Shown: piece after piece, positions 58,105-64,000 of the stretch
Numbering within the stretch: position 1 is the stretch's first letter
How the letters are laid out: each line of letters starts with the position of its first letter
From: an uncultured Pseudomonadales bacterium
GTDB lineage: Bacteria; Patescibacteriota; Microgenomatia; UBA1400; PJMF01
Length of the DNA: 64,000 nucleotides
Assembly: GCA_964457085.1 (NCBI GenBank)
Contig: CAYWDM010000003.1
Coordinates: 186 to 64,185, forward strand
Direction: 5' to 3'
Program-made: the position numbers and the translations under genes
The notes under the pieces: generated by a model
Databases searched by the model: none
What the model was told of the DNA's origin: nothing
What the model saw: only the letters and a program-made list of their open reading frames with translations

Positions 58105-58818
58105 ATGAAACACATCGAGTTATCGCCACAAATATCAATCGTAATTTCGCATAAAATTGATGGTAACTTTCGAGGTGTGGAAAGTGTGTCTCCATGGTTA
58201 CAGCAGGTTGGTGTTAGTACTCCAAAAATGACGCATCTGCAGTTGGAGCATGGTGACCAGGTGGCAGTGATTAATGCGGAATCTGCATTATTGCTGGCTG
58301 CTGATAGTGCTGTTTTGTCTGGCGGAGCTGGCGGCATAAGTCTGGTAGTTGGCGATTGTATTCCGGTGGTGATGGTTGATCCTGAGACTCATCTTTTGGC
58401 TTTAGTGCACGGTGGCTGGAGGTCACTTCGCTCTGGAATCATTCAAAAAACAATTACCACTCTATGTGACAATGGAGCGAAAGCTTCCCGAATTCAAGTT
58501 TGGATTGGACCGGGAATTAGACCTTGTTGCTATCGAAGTGATACGGAGCCACTGCAGGCAAATGAACAAGATTGGTGTTCATTTGTGACTAAGATTGACC
58601 AAGATGAACAGGAAAAAATTGACTCAGAAATGAGGTGGCAGATTGATTTACCAGGGTATATTTCTTCTATTAGTCAGAAACTTGGAATTTCAAAAAAACA
58701 GATCATAGACGAAGGAGTTTGTACATGCTGTCATCCACAGGATTTTTATTCTCATGTGCGTAGTAAGCAAACTGAGGAAGTGGATGGTAGATTTTTTGTA
58801 GCGACTTTTTGGAAGTAA
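58105..58818 (+). CDS. YfiH/PgeF (polyphenol oxidase-like) family protein
   Basis: GDCIPV, HGGWR, IGPGIRPCCY, CTCC...FYSH. Confidence 0.9.
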   Translation: MKHIELSPQISIVISHKIDGNFRGVESVSPWLQQVGVSTPKMTHLQLEHGDQVAVINAESALLLAADSAVLSGGAGGISLVVGDCIPVVMVDPETHLLALVHGGWRSLRSGIIQKTITTLCDNGAKASRIQVWIGPGIRPCCYRSDTEPLQANEQDWCSFVTKIDQDEQEKIDSEMRWQIDLPGYISSISQKLGISKKQIIDEGVCTCCHPQDFYSHVRSKQTEEVDGRFFVATFWK

Positions 58819-58923
58819 TCAAATCACTTCAACAGCAATACGCTGCTAATAAACAGCCAGTCAACAAATTTCTGATTCATGATAAAATACCTGTCTGTAG
58901 TCTGAATCTGAAGGAGTAATCGT

Positions 58924-59133
58924 ATGGCAGCCACTAAGAAGAAAAAAGGTCCTCGTCAAGCAACCGGCTTGCAATGTAGCAAATGCAAAGCATTTGGGTA
59001 CGTGACCGAATACAACAAAAACAACGAAACCTTAAAGAAGCAAACCTCTGGTGAGAGTACTTTCCCAATCCAGAAATATTGCAAGAAGTGCAAGGCACGA
59101 ACCGAGCACAAGATGATGAAGAAACTTAAGTAA
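58924..59133 (+). CDS. rpmG: 50S ribosomal protein L33 (Zn-ribbon type)
   Basis: LQCSKC...Y.T..N..N...KYCKKCKARTEH; AGGAG SD. Confidence 0.9.
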   Translation: MAATKKKKGPRQATGLQCSKCKAFGYVTEYNKNNETLKKQTSGESTFPIQKYCKKCKARTEHKMMKKLK

Positions 59134-59232
59134 AAGTTTATTTCTTTTTCAGAATTTCCCATTCGCAAATAAACCAACACATAGTCTAGTCTTATGTTGT
59201 CGGCTCTGCTGTCGTAAGATGGTAGTGCAACT

Positions 59233-60333
59233 ATGGCACTTGAGCAGGGCAAACCTACCATCAACTCCTATGACATCACTCAGACTCAAAATTGGGAGCA
59301 TGATCGAGATATCAGAGAAATTGAAGGTACTTGGAGACTCGAGGACGAATTTGCAATTCCAACGGTTGATCAGTTGCTTTCTGAACAAATTGAACTGGCG
59401 ATAGCGAGTGGCAAATCTGAAGTTGCAGTTTTGGACATTGGCAGTGGCGATGGTGGGTTACTGTATGACGTGGTTAATCATCCCAAGAAATTAGCAAAAA
59501 CTTGGCAACTACTGCAAACTCACCCTGAATTAAAAATTAAATTGATCGGTCTAACTGACGCCAAAAAACCTGAAGACTTTTTGGCTAAAATTGCCATACC
59601 AACTAGTACTGAGAATCCACAACTGACGGCAGATAATTATTTTTATACCGTGACTGCCACACAAACCATTGAGCAGTTTCTGGAAGCAGCACAGCAACCT
59701 GAAGTGCAACTTATACTAGCAACGGTTTCATTGGCGTATATGGGTGCCAATACTTTTTCAAAGACAATGGACGATAGCTTTGCAGCGCTTGGGCCATCAG
59801 GGAAGATGCTTGTTTCTAATTATGGAACCAAGCATCCCGGCTTTCATGTTTCTTCGATTGTAAAAACACTTAATGCTTCTGGACTGCAAAACTCAGAGCA
59901 GGAATGGCAGCAAGATTTACACGCATTGTTCACCGGTGATGCTTCGGCAGATGATGTTGATTTAAATACATTCCTTGGAATGGCGAATGACATTATGAAA
60001 AGATTTCAGCGTATCCCTGAAATGGCTCAAGCTTTTGAGATTGCCAAGAAAAAAATGGAACTGCGAATGCAGACTCTTCCCAAGTTGTTACGAAATATTT
60101 TTGTGGGTAGAAAGAAAAAAGAGCATGAGTTGTATGGGTATAAGAATGTGTTCGTGGTGGCACTAATTACTGCGATTCAAGAATTGGGGGAACGAAAAGT
60201 GCGTGAGCTTTGGCATGAAAAAATCAATATCCTTGATAGATTTGTGGAGCAGTATCAAGATCAGCTGGCCAAAATAGAGCGGACAGACACGACTATTTAT
60301 TTACAAAAAAATGCTGCCGTGCAGCCTGTATGA
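59233..60333 (+). CDS. Class I SAM-methyltransferase-like protein
   Basis: VLDIGSGDG motif I; LGPSGKMLV. Confidence 0.6.
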   Translation: MALEQGKPTINSYDITQTQNWEHDRDIREIEGTWRLEDEFAIPTVDQLLSEQIELAIASGKSEVAVLDIGSGDGGLLYDVVNHPKKLAKTWQLLQTHPELKIKLIGLTDAKKPEDFLAKIAIPTSTENPQLTADNYFYTVTATQTIEQFLEAAQQPEVQLILATVSLAYMGANTFSKTMDDSFAALGPSGKMLVSNYGTKHPGFHVSSIVKTLNASGLQNSEQEWQQDLHALFTGDASADDVDLNTFLGMANDIMKRFQRIPEMAQAFEIAKKKMELRMQTLPKLLRNIFVGRKKKEHELYGYKNVFVVALITAIQELGERKVRELWHEKINILDRFVEQYQDQLAKIERTDTTIYLQKNAAVQPV

Positions 60334-60372
60334 GACGGAATTTTCGCTCACAAAAGGTGGTCTGATACCAGA

Positions 60373-61824
60373 CTAGTGGCGTACCTCTGACATCATTTTG
60401 ACAATATTTTTAGCACCAGTTAGATAGAGATCAGGTAGGTTTTTGGCAGCCAGTTGGGCTTGGTATACCCATGGCAACCCATGTCGTTGCATTTTAGTGA
60501 TGGCTTTAATTTGTTCAAAAATATTCATCACTTCTGCTTTTTGAGCTACTCCAGCAATCTCAAAACGCTGACGCACATTGTGTTCCCATTCACCCCATTC
60601 TTGGAGTGTCAGCAGGAAGCAACCAGCTGCAGCCACGTCATAAGCCATGTCACCGGATGGTTTGGAGATGAAGCCATCTGCCCAAGGGAAACCGTATTTA
60701 ATCAGTAATTCATTGGCATCGACAATCTGTGGATGATAGAGCACTGTCAGTTCATGGTGCTGTTGGTGTAGTCCCAGCCAGTGTCGAATTCGACCACTAA
60801 TGGTGTATTCTGCAGGATCATGTTCATTGATTAATTTGGTGGTTAATCGCTCTTTTCTGGCGATATCGAGGACACTATTCTTAATATCGCTATGTGTGCC
60901 GGCATAGACCATTATTTGCAACAGTCCGTGATGGTGTCGCATCACTGGAGCTAATTGACTCATAATCGTTTCAATCTCAACTTTGTTGGTTCCCAGTCCG
61001 CCAGTGGTAATACAAATACGGAGTGGTCGATTGGCACGCCATGGTTTTTTGTGGGTTCCGGCTGCGATCACTCGGGGATCAATTGGCGGTCCAGTCACAA
61101 ATACGTGACGGGGATCAACATATTTGCCCATACTTACCGCTTTTTCAAAAAATTCATGCTTGGTGGCTTCATCGAATAAACAAAACCACATATTTGGTTT
61201 TTCTGCATTGGCTAAATAATCAGAGCGAACGTGTGGATCGGTAATAACTTGAACAACTGTTTTGCCCATTTCAGCCAAAATATTCCCGGCTGCGATATGT
61301 AGGGATAAAATTGGTTTTTTTATGTCTTTGCATAAGTAGTAAAGCGGAGGAGTGATGCTCGAGAGAATGGGCAGTTTTTGACGTCCAAATCGATCAACAA
61401 TGTCTTTTAGTTGTTTGAGAAGTGGATGTCTAGCTAAAATTTTCCCAACAGTCTCAGTGATAGTTATTTTTGACCAATCAGTGCGACTGACATAGTTAGT
61501 TGGGTCAACAATCCAGGCTTTTTTTGGGTCAATTTTACTGCCCCAAGCAGCGACGCCGATACCTAGAGCCATAGAAAAGTGTGCACGAGAGAGCACAATA
61601 TCGTTTGTGGTATCGTTTTCAGCTAAACCATGCAAACCTTTCAGGTCTTCTTGATAGGTACCAGCTACTGTGATCACAGGCAAGTTGGTTGATTCAAGAA
61701 ATTTTTTGTCTTTGGCAAATGTCTGTTGCAGTGCGGAGTCGAGGGTGACAGGTGCTAAGTTTTTCCGTTTGGGTACGGCAGACGTACCATATGAACTGGC
61801 AGTTTTTTCGGTCGGGGCAGACAT
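60373..61824 (-). CDS. GT-B glycosyltransferase-like protein (UgtP/MGDG synthase-like)
   Basis: VITDPH, VTGPPIDP, TTGGLG, ISKPSG, GEWEHN; start uncertain (61824 or 61860). Confidence 0.6.
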   Translation of the reverse strand: MSAPTEKTASSYGTSAVPKRKNLAPVTLDSALQQTFAKDKKFLESTNLPVITVAGTYQEDLKGLHGLAENDTTNDIVLSRAHFSMALGIGVAAWGSKIDPKKAWIVDPTNYVSRTDWSKITITETVGKILARHPLLKQLKDIVDRFGRQKLPILSSITPPLYYLCKDIKKPILSLHIAAGNILAEMGKTVVQVITDPHVRSDYLANAEKPNMWFCLFDEATKHEFFEKAVSMGKYVDPRHVFVTGPPIDPRVIAAGTHKKPWRANRPLRICITTGGLGTNKVEIETIMSQLAPVMRHHHGLLQIMVYAGTHSDIKNSVLDIARKERLTTKLINEHDPAEYTISGRIRHWLGLHQQHHELTVLYHPQIVDANELLIKYGFPWADGFISKPSGDMAYDVAAAGCFLLTLQEWGEWEHNVRQRFEIAGVAQKAEVMNIFEQIKAITKMQRHGLPWVYQAQLAAKNLPDLYLTGAKNIVKMMSEVRH

Positions 61825-61988
61825 ACTACTAGCGTAGCTGGTTTTGGTGTAGTTTGCCAAGTGGGAACGATTGTCTATTTAATTCTTTGCAGCTTTGGCT
61901 AACTCGTTTCTGGCTGACATCTCGAGAGTGATACGGTACAATTACCAACACTGACTTGTTGAGGATTTTTGTCAGTGCACTTTAACTT

Positions 61989-62059
61989 AGGGCTATTATG
62001 TAATGGTAGCATTGAGGTCTCCAAAACCTTCCGTCAAGGTTCGAATCCTTGTAGCCCTG
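61989..62059 (+). tRNA. tRNA-Trp(CCA)
   Basis: AGGGCTA/TAGCCCT; GAGGT-CTCCAAA-ACCTT; GGTTCGAATCC. Confidence 0.95.
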
Positions 62060-62204
62060 CACTTATAAAAAAACGAGCAACAGCTCGGATTTTTTATAAG
62101 TATGAGAGACGAGGATGCCCGTGCCCAATCAAGCGAAAACATCCAGGAAAACATCCAGTTAGTAAACTCATGAGCATGATGGGGTAAATCCTTGTAGCCC
62201 TGCA
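62044..62204 (+). mobile_element. Micro-insert at tRNA-Trp 3' end bracketed by 18-bp direct repeat
   Basis: AATCCTTGTAGCCCTGCA at 62044-62061 and 62187-62204; 125-bp interior homologous to the tRNA-Pro insert. Confidence 0.8.
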
Positions 62205-62241
62205 GAAATAACAAACCAGCTGTGATAAGAATTTAATTCTT

Positions 62242-62460
62242 ATGATTGAATCAAGATTACTTCACGCTCAAACTATGTTTGAGTTGAGTCTAGAATGCGG
62301 TGAAGATTTAGTTAAAATTAAGACCGCATTTGATGGTCTAAAATTACGTGAGAAACAAGAATCTTTTTTGAAATTTTTTACCGATGACCAGATTATTAAA
62401 TCTGGCATATTTGCCAGTATGTCAGATTTAACAACCGCCTTTCCTAATTTAAGGTACTAA
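62242..62460 (+). CDS. Small hypothetical protein or gene fragment
   Basis: 72-aa ATG ORF right after the tRNA-Trp duplication. Confidence 0.4.
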   Translation: MIESRLLHAQTMFELSLECGEDLVKIKTAFDGLKLREKQESFLKFFTDDQIIKSGIFASMSDLTTAFPNLRY

Positions 62461-62559
62461 TAAATTGACCTTTTAAAGGTTCATTATTTAGTACTGACAA
62501 ACGTGTATTTGAAATAGGTTCCTGCATCCTCAACCAGTGCCTACAGTATCCTATAATAT

Positions 62560-62781
62560 TTGACTTGTCGTATTTTTCTCTATATAATTATCTCGTTATT
62601 TTGGATGTGTTATTCTGGTTGCCAGATTAATTCGTCAAAATGACATTGTTCTTTAACACTTGATGAGATAAATGAGCTAGCGAGTGGCATCTTTTCCATC
62701 TTAAGTGGTGGATAAGCTTCCACTCGTTAGGTAGCTGCGTAGCTATTATGTGAGTGAATAAATTTTTCGGGAGAACAAAGC
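62560..62781 (+). promoter_or_regulatory. sigma70 promoter plus hairpin-boxA-hairpin leader
   Basis: TTGACT-17-TATAAT; GTTCTTTAACA at 62648-62658; CTAGCGAGTGG/CCACTCGTTAG stem. Confidence 0.6.
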
Positions 62782-63159
62782 ATGTTTAATCCGTACAACG
62801 AACTTACAACAATCTACGCCATCGCTGGGCTGATAATGGGACTTTTGTCTTTACTATTAGCATTGATTGAAATCGTCTCTTTTTTCGAAGCCAAAAAAAA
62901 TAAGGGGCTGTTTTGTTTTGCGACTGTCATGGCAATAGCCGCAGTGTTTGACTTTGGACTTGCCAGATCAATTTACATTTTTGTTTTCTTGGTAACCATA
63001 GTTATCATGATCAAAAAAATAGAATTGAACGAATCAAAGTTCGCTCAAACATTGAGGATAGTACTTTGGCTACTTATCCCAGCTATTGCAATTCTGGCAT
63101 TAAAAATGATCACACCAATCTGGTGGGATCAAATTATGCGCATCTTGTCAACGTATTAA
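62782..63159 (+). CDS. Orphan 4-TM membrane protein
   Basis: GGAG SD; terminator 63161-63194. Confidence 0.65.
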   Translation: MFNPYNELTTIYAIAGLIMGLLSLLLALIEIVSFFEAKKNKGLFCFATVMAIAAVFDFGLARSIYIFVFLVTIVIMIKKIELNESKFAQTLRIVLWLLIPAIAILALKMITPIWWDQIMRILSTY

Positions 63160-63253
63160 AGAAAAGACCCTGGGTTAAAATCCAGGGTCTTTTCGGTTTA
63201 ACTTGTTATTTAAATTTGAGTTCAAGCGATGCTCTCTAGAGTACAATTACTAG

Positions 63254-63677
63254 ATGACTTTAATTTCAAATGCCATGGTTCCAGAGCTAAGTATCTCCAA
63301 TTTTGAAAAGAGTTTGGATTTCTATACCAGAATTTTAGTTTCTCCATTTAATATATAAGAGAAGAAGAAGGGTTTGCATATCTCACTTTAGGTGATGTTC
63401 AACTCATGATTGATCAGATTGGAAAAGGAGGAGCTTGAGAAACGGGCAAATTTTAATACCCTCTTGGGCCTGGTGTTAGTATGCAAATTGAAGCTCTGAG
63501 CATTGAGCCTTTATAAATAATCTTGAGCGGGATGGCGTTAAACTATTTTTAGAAGTTGAAGAGAAGTGGTACCGTAAAGATGAAGTGGAAGTTAGAAATA
63601 GGCAATTTATAGTTCAGGACCCTGATGGATATTTGTTGAGATTTACTGAAGATCTGGGCGAGAGAGTGATTAAATAA
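63254..63677 (+). pseudogene. VOC (glyoxalase/bleomycin-resistance) family pseudogene
   Basis: MVPELSISNFEKSLDFY / FAYLTLGDVQLMI / YPLG / WYR..RQFIVQDPDGYLLRF, broken by in-frame stops and frameshifts. Confidence 0.85.
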
Positions 63678-63767
63678 GTTCCCACACCCTTCACTAGTGC
63701 CTGCAGATATAAAAAACGAGCATTTAGTTCGTTTTTTAATACCTGAGCTTTGTGAAAAATATATCAG

Positions 63768-64000
63768 CTATTTTTTTATTGATTGCTCTCTTCTCGACCA
63801 AATCTTGCTTCCAGCGAACCCAATAAATCTCATGACTCTTATTACTCGAGGATCTTCAGTTGAACTCTGACCTTTCACTGAAAGCATGATTTTTTCCTCA
63901 AACTCACCTTTTGTACTAGATGACAATACAAGTAAATTAATCATACTGAGTGTTTGTGCCGTAACTTCACTGCTTGGCATTCCTGCTAGTTCAGAAATTT
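63768..64000 (-). CDS. 3' end of a hypothetical protein running off the window
   Basis: Open frame to the window edge. Confidence 0.45.
   Translation of the reverse strand, partial: ISELAGMPSSEVTAQTLSMINLLVLSSSTKGEFEEKIMLSVKGQSSTEDPRVIRVMRFIGFAGSKIWSRREQSIKK

Larger units (their letters stand above)
62512..63706 (+). repeat. Imperfect 35-bp direct repeats (62512-62546, 63672-63706) flanking two genes
   Basis: 27/35 identity without gaps; both end in AGTGCCTRCAG. Confidence 0.6.

Noticed and set aside
63254-63677. TGA at a likely Trp position suggesting stop-codon recoding
   Set aside because: The same gene also has TAA stops and frameshifts, and TGA terminates intact genes elsewhere; simple pseudogene

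Overview
Chromosomal segment of a small-genome bacterium. Gene content points to Patescibacteria/CPR, probably Microgenomates (inference: split ComEC, PEGA, TrmB, DUF2207, DUF4349, N-extended L1, many leaderless-looking starts; genetic code 11). Core genes are leuS, thrS, ndk, murD+murL, secE-nusG-rplK-rplA, rplJ-rplL, rpmG, uppP, galU and six tRNAs (Arg-CCT, Pro-CGG, Thr-GGT, Tyr-GTA, Thr-TGT, Trp-CCA). Five signals go beyond standard annotation. (1) Tiny (114-143 bp) integrase-less inserts follow tRNA-Arg, -Pro and -Trp. Each is bracketed by an 18-22 bp duplication of the tRNA 3' end that starts in the T-loop, and they share GCCCGTG/GTGCCCAATC and TCATG-AG-CATGA motifs. A related copy lies away from any tRNA, and cassette-like repeats continue behind tRNA-Trp. 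(2) A five-gene cohesin/dockerin surface cluster includes a dockerin-tagged papain-family protease, and all five proteins share a TM-[QT]D[LP][RG]xxA motif. (3) An unannotated Thr6 leader-peptide attenuator precedes thrS. (4) A recurring promoter-hairpin-boxA-hairpin leader precedes orphan genes and tRNA-Trp. (5) Two stand-alone structured ncRNA candidates. All calls are from reading the sequence; no database searches were run.
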